Shown here: positions 1-9,986 of the stretch, in pieces
Layout: each line of letters opens with the position of its first letter
How positions within the stretch are numbered: the stretch's first letter is position 1
Assembly: GCA_963933215.1 (NCBI GenBank)
Contig: CAWVSB010000004.1
Location: forward strand, 11,887-75,886
DNA length: 64,000 nucleotides
DNA from: an uncultured Cellvibrionales bacterium
Lineage (GTDB): Bacteria > Pseudomonadota > Gammaproteobacteria > Pseudomonadales > CAWVSB01
Reading direction: 5' to 3'
Position numbers and translations under genes: made by a program
Notes under the pieces: model-generated
What the model saw: only the letters and a program-made list of their open reading frames with translations
The model's database searches: none
Told to the model about the DNA's origin: nothing

Positions 1-49
1 AACAGACCAGTTAAATATACTGAGCTTAACAAATCACTGTCACCTCTGG

Positions 50-1579
50 TTGGAGTTTATTGTGGAAGACGACTTTTTAGCGATTACTAAGCATTGTTTG
101 GGTTCAGCGCCAAAGCTGGCTGACACGCCCGACTGGATATACAATTTAGATAACCCTTATTTGCATGGCGTATACGCCCCCATGCTGGAAGAGTTTGCGC
201 TGGAAGACTTGCCGGTTGAAGGCGAGTTACCACAAGACTTGTCGGGGGCTTATTTTCGCAATGGGCCTAACCCTATTCACGACCCGGTAAACCGTTACCA
301 TCAGTTTGACGGCGACGCCATGGTGCACGGCGTTTACTTTCGCGATGGCAAAGTGAGCTACCGTAATAAATACGTGCAAACCCAAGCCTTGCAAAAAGAG
401 CAGGCTAACCAAGGCGCTATCTGGCCGGGGGTAATGGGGCCGTTTGATTTCACCTTGCCTGACTTTCCGATTAAAGACACCGCCAATACCGATGTGGTGT
501 TTCACAATAAAGACTTATTGGCCCTTTGGTACAACGCTGGCGAGCCATATTCACTAGACCCGCTAACGCTTGAGACTAAAGGCAAACTGCCGATTGAAGC
601 GGGGCGCGGCACTAGAACAATGTCGGCCCATGCCAAGATTGACTGGGCCACGGGTGAAATGCTGTATTTTGATTACGGTGATACGGCGCCGTTTTTAACT
701 TATAGCGTGAATGATAAAAACGGTAATTTGATTCATCACACTGCTATTGATATTCCGGGGCCACGGCTGCCCCATGATATGGCGTTCACCAAAAATTATG
801 CGGTGATGCATGACCTGCCGTTTTTTCATGATATTGATATATTGAAAAACCACGGCATGCGAGTGGTTAGGTTTCATCGCGACATACCGGCGCGCTTTGG
901 CATTTTGCCGCGTAAGGGTGATGGTAGCGAAACTAAATGGTTTGAGTGTGAGCCCTGTTTTGTATTGCACATTAGCAACTGCTGGGAAGAGGGCGACTGG
1001 GTAATTATGGACGGCTGCCGCTCTGTAGAACCTATGCAAAAGCCCAATGCCAATGAAGGTGAGTTGTCGCATATGCTGGCTTATATGCGCTTGAAAGCAA
1101 ATGCTTACCGCTGGCGGTTTAATCTGCGCACCGGCCAGGTGATTGAGTCTGACATTGATGATTTGAATACCGAGTTTAATAAGTCCAACCCGATCTTTCA
1201 CGGAGTAAAAGGTAAGTATTCTTATCATCAAAAAATACCCTTGGCAGAAGAGGGTGGCTATACGCTGAAATTTACCGGTCTGGTTAAATACAATAATGAC
1301 ACTGGCCAAAGTGAGCGCTGGGATTACGGTGACGGTGTTTATGGCAGCGAAGCGCCGTTTGCGCCCAAAGTAGGTGCCGACCGCGATAGCAGTGAAGACG
1401 ATGGTTATTTGGTGAGTTTGGTGACCGACAGCAATACCATGAAGTCGGAGTGTTTGGTGTTTGACGCAACTGATATTACCCAAGGGCCCATAGCCAGAGT
1501 GAAATTGCCCCACCGGGTGCCTGGTGGCTTTCATGCGACGTGGGTAGCTGGCAGTGATTTATACCAAGACATTGCGTAA
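50..1579 (+). CDS. carotenoid oxygenase family protein (apocarotenoid/lignostilbene-type cleavage dioxygenase)
   Basis: 509-aa ORF with family-typical blocks NPYLHGVYAPM, FDGDAMVHGVYF and HDMAFTKNYAVMHDLP. The start is TTG at 50 (alternative GTG at 62). Confidence 0.85.
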   Translation: MEFIVEDDFLAITKHCLGSAPKLADTPDWIYNLDNPYLHGVYAPMLEEFALEDLPVEGELPQDLSGAYFRNGPNPIHDPVNRYHQFDGDAMVHGVYFRDGKVSYRNKYVQTQALQKEQANQGAIWPGVMGPFDFTLPDFPIKDTANTDVVFHNKDLLALWYNAGEPYSLDPLTLETKGKLPIEAGRGTRTMSAHAKIDWATGEMLYFDYGDTAPFLTYSVNDKNGNLIHHTAIDIPGPRLPHDMAFTKNYAVMHDLPFFHDIDILKNHGMRVVRFHRDIPARFGILPRKGDGSETKWFECEPCFVLHISNCWEEGDWVIMDGCRSVEPMQKPNANEGELSHMLAYMRLKANAYRWRFNLRTGQVIESDIDDLNTEFNKSNPIFHGVKGKYSYHQKIPLAEEGGYTLKFTGLVKYNNDTGQSERWDYGDGVYGSEAPFAPKVGADRDSSEDDGYLVSLVTDSNTMKSECLVFDATDITQGPIARVKLPHRVPGGFHATWVAGSDLYQDIA

Positions 1580-1582
1580 CTG

Positions 1583-2533
1583 ATGCCGGTAGCCATTGAG
1601 GTAGGGCCCAACATTAGTACCCGCGCAAGCTCTATTGCGCGGGCGCTGGATGAAATTGGTGATAAATGGTCGCTGTTAATTTTGCAGGAAATATTTCTGG
1701 GGGTGAATTCATTTAGCGCCTTGCGCACCAATATGGGGGTGTCTAAGGCGGTGTTAAGTAACCGCTTGGTATGGCTTGAAGAAAAATACTGTATTAAAAA
1801 AGTGGTTAGTGAGCAGTCACCAACTCGGCCCAAATATCATTTAACCGAAAAGTCTATTGAGCTTTATTCGGTTGCCTTAATGGCGATGAGCTGGGAGCGA
1901 GAATTTTTTCCAAGCGTTAGTAATCAAGCAATACGCTTGCGCCATAAAAGTTGCGGGCAAGAGTTTTGGCCCAGTTGCCGTTGTAGCGCTTGCAATAAAG
2001 CGGTGTATTTTGAGGATGTGGCCTATAGCCCCGGCCCCGGTGCTAAGCAAGATATTAGAGCGACCAAAACTCGGCGGCGGTCGTCTATTTCTATTATGGA
2101 TGTACCTAGCAGCGCTAATGTATTTAAAAACTTAATCCATATTGTCGGTGACCGCTGGACCGCTAATGTTATCGCTTTGTCGTTTCACGGCTTTTCGCGT
2201 TATTCACAGTTTCATGCAGAGCTACCCCTTGCCAGTAATATTCTTACCGACCGCTTAGATTTTTTGGTAACTGAAGGGGTGTTTGCCCAAACAATTTATC
2301 AGCAGCAGCCTCAGCGTTATGAATATACCTTGACCAAAAAGGGGCGGGCTTTATTCCCTTATTTTTTAACCATGCTGCAATGGGGAGATAAGTGGTGTGG
2401 CGGCGTTAATACCAAGCCAATGCAGTTAACCCACAGTAGCTGTTTTAATTTGCTGGCCGCCGAGGTGGTGTGTGACAGCTGTAGTCAGCCGCTTGCTGCG
2501 CATCAAGTAGAGTTTTTATTGGCAACCACTTAG
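1583..2533 (+). CDS. transcriptional regulator with two tandem HxlR-type winged-helix domains
   Basis: Two HxlR-like blocks: IGDKWSLLILQEIFLGVNSFSALRTNMGVSKAVLSNRLVWLEE and VGDRWTANVIALSFHGFSRYSQFHAELPLASNILTDRLDFLVTEG. Each is followed by a Cys cluster. The ATG lies 3 nt after the upstream stop. Confidence 0.7.
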   Translation: MPVAIEVGPNISTRASSIARALDEIGDKWSLLILQEIFLGVNSFSALRTNMGVSKAVLSNRLVWLEEKYCIKKVVSEQSPTRPKYHLTEKSIELYSVALMAMSWEREFFPSVSNQAIRLRHKSCGQEFWPSCRCSACNKAVYFEDVAYSPGPGAKQDIRATKTRRRSSISIMDVPSSANVFKNLIHIVGDRWTANVIALSFHGFSRYSQFHAELPLASNILTDRLDFLVTEGVFAQTIYQQQPQRYEYTLTKKGRALFPYFLTMLQWGDKWCGGVNTKPMQLTHSSCFNLLAAEVVCDSCSQPLAAHQVEFLLATT

Positions 2534-2647
2534 CCAGCCAGACTGACCTATTAATATTTACCAATTAGCGCCGCGGTCTATCAGATGGCTTTTGTTTTGT
2601 GCTAGTTTAATCGTTTACCTATCGGCTATAAGTAGGAACTACATACT

Positions 2648-4177
2648 ATGAAAAAAATAACATTAGTAGGTTCATTAATAGCGGCGATGGTTGGCGGCTC
2701 TTTAATGGCCGCTGACAAGCCAAATATATTAGTGATTATGGGGGATGATATTGGGATCACTAATATCAGCCGTTACAGTATGGGGATAATGGGTTACCAA
2801 ACCCCTAATATCGACCGTATTGCCAATGAAGGGATTGTTTTCACTGACTATTATGGCGAGCAAAGCTGTACGGCTGGCCGCAGTGCATTTATTACCGGCC
2901 AACACCCTGTGCGCACTGGGTTAACGAAAGTGGGTGTGCCTGGTGCCAAGCAGGGTCTGCAAAAAGAAGACCCAACCCTGGCTGAAATGCTAAAACCTTT
3001 GGGTTATACCTCTGGCCAGTTTGGTAAAAACCATTTGGGCGACCGTGATGAGTTTTTACCGACTAACCATGGCTTTGATGAGTTTTTAGGTAATTTGTAT
3101 CACCTTAATGCTGAAGAAGCGCCAGAGCGTGAAGATTATCCGAAAGACCCTCGTTATAAGAAAATGTTTGGCCCGCGCGGCGTCATTCACAGTTTTGCTG
3201 ATGGCAAAATTGAAGACAGCGGCCCGTTAACAAAAAAACGGATGGAAACTATCGATGAGGAGTTTTTAGCCGCATCCATTAAGTTTATCGACAACGCCCA
3301 TAAAGCCAACAAACCGTTTTTTGTTTGGTTTAACTCTACCCGTATGCATTATCACACGCGGATAAAAGATGAGACCAAAGGGCTTTCAGGCCAAGGCTTT
3401 TATAATGACGGCATGGTTGAGCATGACAACCATGTGGGAGAATTATTAGCCAAGCTTGATGATTTAGGCATCGCTGATAACACTATTGTTATTTATACCA
3501 CCGATAATGGCCCACACTATAACCAGTGGCCAGATTCGGCCATTACCCCCTACCGTGGTGAGAAAAACACTAATTGGGAAGGTGGTTTCAGAGTGCCGTC
3601 AATGGTGCGTTGGCCGTCTAGTATTAAAGCTGGCCAAATTAATAATATGGTGATGTCGCATTTAGACTGGGTGCCAACACTGATGGCTGCCGCCGGTGAC
3701 GATAATGTTGCCGCCGAGCTTAAAAAAGGTAAGACCATTGGTGGCACGAAATTTAAAGTCCATTTAGATGGTTATAACTTTTTGCCTTTGTTAACCGGTA
3801 AAGACGATAAGCCGCCACGTAGAGACTTTTTCTATTACAGCGATGACGGTTTGCTGACGGCGGTTAGGGTAGGTGATTGGAAATTTGTTTTTGCTGAGCA
3901 GCGCTCTAAGCGTTTTGATGTATGGCGTGACCCTTTTGTTAAATTACGTATCCCTAAAATCTTTCACCTTCGGCGTGACCCGTACGAGCGCGCTGACACA
4001 GATTCAAACGGTTATAACGTCTGGTGGGGCGAGAAAATTGACTCAATGGCGATGCTAGGTGTCGCTAGTGTGACTCAGTTTATGCAGAGCTTTCTTGAGT
4101 TTCCGCCAAGACAAGAGCCTGGGTCATTTAATGTTGACCAAGTGATGGAAGACATAAGAAGACAACAAAGAAAATAA
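2648..4177 (+). CDS. arylsulfatase (Cys-type, formylglycine-dependent), exported
   Basis: N-terminal signal peptide MKKITLVGSLIAAMVGGSLMA. Sulfatase signature C-T-A-G-R in SCTAGRSAFITGQHP, plus the downstream GKNHLGD and TTDNGP blocks. Confidence 0.9.
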   Translation: MKKITLVGSLIAAMVGGSLMAADKPNILVIMGDDIGITNISRYSMGIMGYQTPNIDRIANEGIVFTDYYGEQSCTAGRSAFITGQHPVRTGLTKVGVPGAKQGLQKEDPTLAEMLKPLGYTSGQFGKNHLGDRDEFLPTNHGFDEFLGNLYHLNAEEAPEREDYPKDPRYKKMFGPRGVIHSFADGKIEDSGPLTKKRMETIDEEFLAASIKFIDNAHKANKPFFVWFNSTRMHYHTRIKDETKGLSGQGFYNDGMVEHDNHVGELLAKLDDLGIADNTIVIYTTDNGPHYNQWPDSAITPYRGEKNTNWEGGFRVPSMVRWPSSIKAGQINNMVMSHLDWVPTLMAAAGDDNVAAELKKGKTIGGTKFKVHLDGYNFLPLLTGKDDKPPRRDFFYYSDDGLLTAVRVGDWKFVFAEQRSKRFDVWRDPFVKLRIPKIFHLRRDPYERADTDSNGYNVWWGEKIDSMAMLGVASVTQFMQSFLEFPPRQEPGSFNVDQVMEDIRRQQRK

Positions 4178-4188
4178 GGAATAGCACA

Positions 4189-6096
4189 ATGAAAAAGGCA
4201 CTGCAGGGCTTGTCCCGAACTATTTTATCATTGGTAGTTGGGGCAAGTGCCTCGGTGCCTTTTTTAATGGCTGAAGAAAAGCAAGAGGGGGTTGAATTTT
4301 CGCCCTATGTTGACGCAAAACATGCCGGTGGCGTGTATTGGGGAGATACCCATTTACATACTAATCTTTCTACTGACGCTGGTTTAAAAGGTAATAGTCT
4401 TAGCCCTGATGATGCGTATCGCATTGCCCGTGGCGAGCAATTGGTGTCATCAAGTGGCGTAAAAGCGAAACTGTCTAGGCCGTTAGATTTTTTAGTGGTG
4501 GCCGATCATTCTGATGGCATGGGCTTTATCGCTGATATGTTATCTGGCGCGCCCAACATTGTTGCCGACCCTAAAGGTAAAGAATGGTATGACCGTATTC
4601 TCGCTGGCGACGGCGCGGCTGTTGGCAGTGAAGTGATCGGCTTGTTTTCACAAGGGAAATTTCCGCGTGCGTTGGCTTATACGCCAGAAACACCGGCTTA
4701 TAGAAATTCGTGGGATAAAACAGTTGATAGCGCCGAGCGTTACAATGAGCCGGGTTTGTTTACGGCCTTTATTGGCTATGAATGGACGTCTTTAATTAGC
4801 GGTGACAATTTACACCGCGTGGTGATTTATAAAGACGGCAAAGATAAGGCCGGCTTGGACGTGCCGTACACAACAACGCCGCCTTGGGGCAGCCCTAATC
4901 CGCGTGATTTATGGAAATGGCTTGAAGCGTATGAGGAAAAAACGGGCGGTGAAGTGTTAGCCATTGCGCATAATGGGAATTTGTCTAATGGGTCTATGTT
5001 TCCGCTAGAGGCGCAGTATGACGGCGTAGTGCTTGATAAAGAATATGTCGAGCAGCGCAGCAAGTGGGAGCCGTTGTATGAAATAAGCCAAATTAAAGGC
5101 GATGGTGAAACCCATCCTAAGTTGTCTCCTAATGATGAGTTTGCTGATTTTGAAACTTGGGACTTAGGTAATTTGGATTTGTCGACGCTGAAACAAGATT
5201 CAATGCTGGCGGGCGAATATGGCCGCGAGGCGTTAAAGCGTGGTTTAGCGATTGAAGAAAAGCTGGGGACTAATCCATACAACTTTGGCATTGTTGGCGC
5301 TACTGACAGCCATACTTCTCTGGCGATGGTGCAAGAAAATAACTATTTTGGTAAGTTTGGTAGCTTAGAACCCAGTGCGAGGCGTATTAGTAGTAACGCT
5401 AAATTTAAAACCGGTACTCAAGCTGGTCCTGGTATTCAAGGCTGGCAGCAGGTTGCCTCTGGTCTGGCCGGCGTGTGGGCTACCGGTAACACTCGGGCAG
5501 AGTTGTTTGAAGCAATGGAGCGTAAAGAAGTTTACGGCACTACCGGTTCACGCATGACAGTGCGCTTTTTTGGCGGCTGGGATTATGTCGCCAACGATGT
5601 GGTAAGCCATGACCCGGCTTCAATTGGTTATGCCAAAGGTGTAGCGATGGGCGGTGACCTAACTGATGCGGGTAACAAGTCACCTAGCTTTATGGTGTAT
5701 GCACAGCGCGACCCTATTGGGGCAAACTTAGATCGTATTCAAGTGATTAAAGGCTGGCTTAATGATAACGGTGAGACCCAAGAAAAAGTTTATGATGTTG
5801 TGTGGTCTGACCAGCGTAAAATTAAACGGGGAAAACTGCAGTTGGTTGGTAATACAGTCGATGCTGATACCGCTAGCTACACTAACGATATAGGCGCACC
5901 TGAATTAGCCACCGTATGGGTTGACCCTGATTTTGATGCTGCGCAAAAAGCGTTTTACTACGCCCGCGTATTAGAAATTCCTACGCCGCGTTGGTCTACA
6001 ATTGATGCGGTTCGGTTTGGTGTTAAACGCAACCCTGACGCACCAATTGCGATTCAAGACCGTGCTTATACGTCACCCATTTGGTATAAGCCATAG
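4189..6096 (+). CDS. DUF3604-like exported metal-dependent hydrolase-fold protein, function unknown
   Basis: 635-aa ORF starting 11 nt after the sulfatase stop. It has an N-terminal signal or anchor (LSLVVGASASVPFLMA). His/Asp-rich blocks GDTHLHTNLS, VVADHSDG, AIAHNGNLSNG and GATDSHT resemble a PHP-like fold. The family assignment is from memory only. Confidence 0.65.
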   Translation: MKKALQGLSRTILSLVVGASASVPFLMAEEKQEGVEFSPYVDAKHAGGVYWGDTHLHTNLSTDAGLKGNSLSPDDAYRIARGEQLVSSSGVKAKLSRPLDFLVVADHSDGMGFIADMLSGAPNIVADPKGKEWYDRILAGDGAAVGSEVIGLFSQGKFPRALAYTPETPAYRNSWDKTVDSAERYNEPGLFTAFIGYEWTSLISGDNLHRVVIYKDGKDKAGLDVPYTTTPPWGSPNPRDLWKWLEAYEEKTGGEVLAIAHNGNLSNGSMFPLEAQYDGVVLDKEYVEQRSKWEPLYEISQIKGDGETHPKLSPNDEFADFETWDLGNLDLSTLKQDSMLAGEYGREALKRGLAIEEKLGTNPYNFGIVGATDSHTSLAMVQENNYFGKFGSLEPSARRISSNAKFKTGTQAGPGIQGWQQVASGLAGVWATGNTRAELFEAMERKEVYGTTGSRMTVRFFGGWDYVANDVVSHDPASIGYAKGVAMGGDLTDAGNKSPSFMVYAQRDPIGANLDRIQVIKGWLNDNGETQEKVYDVVWSDQRKIKRGKLQLVGNTVDADTASYTNDIGAPELATVWVDPDFDAAQKAFYYARVLEIPTPRWSTIDAVRFGVKRNPDAPIAIQDRAYTSPIWYKP

Positions 6097-6120
6097 CGGC
6101 TTGTTGGCTAAAAATAGAGA

Positions 6121-7092
6121 ATGAAAGTTATGACTGTAGAATCTGCAATTAGTACGGTTACAGTAATTGGCGCCGGCGTTTTAGGCGGCCAAATAGCGTG
6201 GCATAGCGCATTTAAAGGCAAACAAGTCGTAGTGTTTGATATTAATCAGGAAGGGCTTGATGTCTGTCAGGCTCGCCAGCAAGGCTATGCTGATATTTAT
6301 CTGGCCAGTGTTGGCGCTAGTATTGACGATATAAAAGCGACGCGCGCTAGGCTTAGTTTTACCACCGACTTAGCCACTGCGGTGGCCGAGTGTGATTTGG
6401 TGATAGAAGCAGTACCGGAAATTCCAGAAATAAAAACCAGTTTATATGCTGACCTTTCACCTTTATTACAGCCACATACGTTAATAGCAACAAACAGCTC
6501 AACCTTACTGCCTAGTATGTTTGCACAAGTGACTGGTAGGGCTGAAAAGTATTGCTCACTGCATTTTGCTAATTATATTTGGGCGAGTAATTTAACTGAA
6601 ATAATGACCCACGAGAAAACTGACAGAGATACAGTTAAACGTTTGGTGCAGTTTTCTATCGAAATTGGGATGGTGCCTATTCCGGTGCTGCAAGAGAAAA
6701 ATGGCTATGTGTTAAATAGTTGGCTTACTGCCTTATTAAAGTCGTCAATGTCCTTGCTGGTTAGTGGTGTGGCAACATTTGAAGATGTTGATCGCACTTA
6801 TATGATTACGAATCGCGGCGCTCAGTCAGGCCCATTTGGAATGATTGATGTTGTTGGCATGAAAACAGTATTCGATATTGCTAGTTATTGGGGTAGTGAG
6901 GCTAATGATGACGAATGGCTTAAAAACGCTGACTATATAAAAACCAATTTTCTAGATAAAGGCCTACAAGGTGTATTAGGTGGAGAGGGGTTTTATAAAT
7001 ATCCTAACCCTGCATTTCAAACTGATGATTTCTTAGCGGTGCCTGTTATGGCAAAAGCTGAAGAGATAACTAACCTTATTAAACCTGCCTAA
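6121..7092 (+). CDS. 3-hydroxyacyl-CoA dehydrogenase family protein (NAD-binding)
   Basis: Rossmann motif VTVIGAGVLGGQIA near the N-terminus, with length and C-terminal domain typical of 3-hydroxyacyl/3-hydroxybutyryl-CoA dehydrogenases. Confidence 0.75.
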   Translation: MKVMTVESAISTVTVIGAGVLGGQIAWHSAFKGKQVVVFDINQEGLDVCQARQQGYADIYLASVGASIDDIKATRARLSFTTDLATAVAECDLVIEAVPEIPEIKTSLYADLSPLLQPHTLIATNSSTLLPSMFAQVTGRAEKYCSLHFANYIWASNLTEIMTHEKTDRDTVKRLVQFSIEIGMVPIPVLQEKNGYVLNSWLTALLKSSMSLLVSGVATFEDVDRTYMITNRGAQSGPFGMIDVVGMKTVFDIASYWGSEANDDEWLKNADYIKTNFLDKGLQGVLGGEGFYKYPNPAFQTDDFLAVPVMAKAEEITNLIKPA

Positions 7093-7135
7093 AAAACCAC
7101 TCAGTTATCAAGTGGTAACTGAGTGGTTTGTTTTA
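7091..7135. terminator. bidirectional Rho-independent terminator between convergent genes
   Basis: 14-bp perfect stem (7094-7107 pairs with 7116-7129) with an 8-nt loop. An A-run lies upstream and TTTGTTTT downstream. It overlaps the last codons of the Lrp-family gene. Confidence 0.55.
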
Positions 7136-7553
7136 TCGTTTCCATGACAAAGCTTGAGCTCACATCAAACAAGTCTGCTTTGATCAGTTTTTTATACAAG
7201 CGGTCATAGCCGGGCATGTCTTCAACCACGGCTTTAATCAAATAATCTAAATCGCCACTCATGCGGTAGGCTTCAAGTACCCCGGCTACTTCGTGGGTGA
7301 CTTGTTGAAATTTTGCCGCCCATTTGTCGTTGTGCTGATTGGTGCGCACTGAAATATAAACGGTTAGCGCTAAGCCAATTTTTTCTTGGTCGAGGATGGC
7401 AACCCGCTCTTTAATAACGCCGCTAGCTTCAAGTTTTTGAATGCGACGCCAACAGGCAGATTTAGAAATTCCAATCCGGTCGGCAAGGTCGCCCACTGAC
7501 AGTGAGGCGTCTGCTTGCATTAGGCTTAGTAGGCTGCGGTCTTGACTGTCCAT
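7101..7553 (-). CDS. Lrp/AsnC family transcriptional regulator
   Basis: 150 aa. N-terminal HTH DRSLLSLMQADASLSVGDLADRIGISKSACWRRIQKLEASGVI followed by an AsnC-type ligand-binding domain. Confidence 0.9.
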   Translation of the reverse strand: MDSQDRSLLSLMQADASLSVGDLADRIGISKSACWRRIQKLEASGVIKERVAILDQEKIGLALTVYISVRTNQHNDKWAAKFQQVTHEVAGVLEAYRMSGDLDYLIKAVVEDMPGYDRLYKKLIKADLFDVSSSFVMETIKQTTQLPLDN

Positions 7554-7714
7554 AGGCTTATAGTTTCACTAATATTATTTAACTGGCACTATATTCCGTA
7601 ATTGTTGTTAATTAAAGGATTATGTCTCGATTTATAGTGATATTAGGTGATAAATAGAAACAATGTTTTAGCCGGTAGGGTCTATTATTTCGCTCACATT
7701 AACTAATGGCTTGA

Positions 7715-9388
7715 GTGAATATGTCAGCGCAACTTATTAAAAAAATCCGTCAATCGGTGATTGGTGAAAACCAGCTTATTACTACCAGTTTTGGCGCTAA
7801 GCCGCTGGTGTATGCCGACTATACGGCGTCGGGGCGGGGTTTGAGTTTTATTGAAGATTATATTCGAGACAATGTATTACCGTTTTATGCCAACACCCAT
7901 ACCGAGTCTTCTTATACTGGTGCGCAAACTAATAAACTGCGCGAACAGGCCCGTGATGTTATTCATAGTGCGGTTAATGGCGATAAAGATGATGCGGTTA
8001 TCTTTTGTGGTGCCGGCGCAACGGCAGCGATTAACAAATTAATAGATATATTAAATTTACGCTTGCCAGCGGATTTAACGGCGCGCTATGGCTTACTTGA
8101 TAATATCCCTGAGCAAGAGCGTCCGGTGGTGTTTATCGGCCCTTATGAACATCACAGTAACGAGCTGCCATGGCGGGAGTCTATCGCTATCGTCGAGCGC
8201 ATAGCCTTAGATGAGCATGGCCAAATAGATTTAGACGATTTAGACGCGAAGCTGCAGCAGCATCAAGGCCGAGAGTTGAAAATAGGCAGCTTTTCAGCCG
8301 CATCCAATGTAACTGGCATTAAAACTGATGTTGACGGGGTGTCTGCTTTGTTACATCAATACGGCGCTTTAGCATTTTGGGATTATGCGGCAGCAGCGCC
8401 TTATGTTGGTATTGATATGAACCCTGTCATAGGCGCTTCAGATTATAGTAAAGATGCGGTGTTTATTTCACCACATAAATTTATCGGCGGCCAGGGTACA
8501 CCCGGTGTTTTAGTTGTGAAAAAACATTTGCTAACTAACACGGTGCCGTCTGTTGTTGGTGGCGGTACTGTGTCTTATGTGTCGCCAGACAGCCATAGCT
8601 ATGTTGTGGACGCGGTGCGGCGCGAGGAAGGAGGTACGCCGGCAATCGTTGAGTCTATTCGGGCTGGCTTAGTGTTTAAGTTACAGCAGCAAGTGGGTAC
8701 TGATTTAATCGAGCAAAAAGAACAAGACTTTGTTAGTCGGGCGCTAGCGCGTTGGAATGATAATGAAAATATAGAGGTGTTGGGCGATCTATCGGCTGAT
8801 CGTTTGTCGATTGTCTCTATGAGAATTAAACATAAAGGTATAGATTTACATTACGGCTTTGTCGTTGCATTACTGAACGATTTATTTGGTATACAAGCGC
8901 GAGGTGGTTGCTCTTGTGCGGGGCCTTATGGTCATAGCTTGCTGAATATTGATAGCGAGCTGAGTAACAAGTTAGCAGCAGAAATTGCCAGCGGCAGCAT
9001 GATACTTAGGCCTGGCTGGACCCGTCTCAACTTCAATTATTTTATCAGTGAAGAGACCTTTGATTATATTGTTAGCGCAATAGAATTAGTGGCTGAGCAT
9101 GGTTGGAAACTATTGCCTTACTACAGCTTTAACACTGCTAGCACCACTTGGTCATATCAAGCAACTGCTATGCAGTTAGTCAGCGATCTTTCGACTATCG
9201 ATTTTAATGCTGATCTAAAGACTGTTTTTGTTAGCTATGATGATGACTTGGCTGACTATTTAGCCACGGCAGAACGTATCCTTAATAAGCCGATAGAAGG
9301 CATCACTTATCCGCTTAATCTATCTGATAACGCCAACGTCTTGCGGTGGTTTTGGTTGCCACAAGCGTTGACGTTTATGCCTCTCTAG
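7715..9388 (+). CDS. aminotransferase class V-fold PLP-dependent enzyme (cysteine desulfurase-like, long form)
   Basis: 557 aa with a PLP-lysine context FISPHKFIGGQGTPGVLVVK. Divergent from the Lrp-family regulator. GTG at 7715, alternative ATG at 7721. Confidence 0.75.
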   Translation: MNMSAQLIKKIRQSVIGENQLITTSFGAKPLVYADYTASGRGLSFIEDYIRDNVLPFYANTHTESSYTGAQTNKLREQARDVIHSAVNGDKDDAVIFCGAGATAAINKLIDILNLRLPADLTARYGLLDNIPEQERPVVFIGPYEHHSNELPWRESIAIVERIALDEHGQIDLDDLDAKLQQHQGRELKIGSFSAASNVTGIKTDVDGVSALLHQYGALAFWDYAAAAPYVGIDMNPVIGASDYSKDAVFISPHKFIGGQGTPGVLVVKKHLLTNTVPSVVGGGTVSYVSPDSHSYVVDAVRREEGGTPAIVESIRAGLVFKLQQQVGTDLIEQKEQDFVSRALARWNDNENIEVLGDLSADRLSIVSMRIKHKGIDLHYGFVVALLNDLFGIQARGGCSCAGPYGHSLLNIDSELSNKLAAEIASGSMILRPGWTRLNFNYFISEETFDYIVSAIELVAEHGWKLLPYYSFNTASTTWSYQATAMQLVSDLSTIDFNADLKTVFVSYDDDLADYLATAERILNKPIEGITYPLNLSDNANVLRWFWLPQALTFMPL

Positions 9389-9392
9389 TCGT

Positions 9393-9971
9393 TTATTTTT
9401 TCTTAGTAGGTTTTTTAACTGTCGTTTTTAAACTCATCATTTTTGCCACTTTACCGGTGCCGGTCATGCCCGGTACTTGCCCTAAAAGATCTTTTTTGCC
9501 GATGGCTAAACCGTTGTGGCGTAAAATTGCAAAAGCGGTTGAGTAGTGAAAATAGAAGTTGGGTATAGACCAGCCATTAAAGAAATCTAAGCCATTAAAT
9601 TCAATAGTACCGATAGGAATGACTATTTTTATTTCACGGCTGTCACTGTCTTCAAATTGAGCTGGCTTTAGGCTGCGTAAAAATATTAATACGGTTTTAA
9701 TTCTCTGGTCTAGTTCAGAAAATGTTGTTTCATCGTCGGCCATGTAGGGGGCATCTATTCCAGCTAAACGGCCGCAACAGCCTTTAGCGTGGTCGGTGGC
9801 AATGCGTACTTGGCTAATCAATGGCAGCATGTCTGGCGCTAGGCGTGAACTTAATAGCACGCTTGGATCTATGCCACGGGCTTTAGCATCTTTGGCGGCT
9901 AATTTTAAAATAGCGGCTAGGTTTTTTAGCTGGTGGGTAAATACAGGTACAGTTTGGTGGTATAGATTCAT
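9393..9971 (-). CDS. DUF1993 domain-containing protein with Lys-rich C-terminal tail
   Basis: The N-terminus MNLYHQTVPVFTHQLKNLAAILKLAAKDAKARGIDPSVLL is typical of DUF1993. The C-terminus is KTTVKKPTKKK. Confidence 0.7.
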   Translation of the reverse strand: MNLYHQTVPVFTHQLKNLAAILKLAAKDAKARGIDPSVLLSSRLAPDMLPLISQVRIATDHAKGCCGRLAGIDAPYMADDETTFSELDQRIKTVLIFLRSLKPAQFEDSDSREIKIVIPIGTIEFNGLDFFNGWSIPNFYFHYSTAFAILRHNGLAIGKKDLLGQVPGMTGTGKVAKMMSLKTTVKKPTKKK

Positions 9972-9986
9972 TGTGAGGTTCTCTGC

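Noticed and set aside
695-1534. 279-aa ORF antisense to the carotenoid oxygenase gene.
   Set aside because: It is codon-for-codon complementary to the sense frame. It is open only because this part of the sense gene happens to avoid TTA, CTA and TCA codons (Leu is TTG or CTG throughout). The translation is low-complexity junk with no recognisable motif. The sense gene has strong family motifs.
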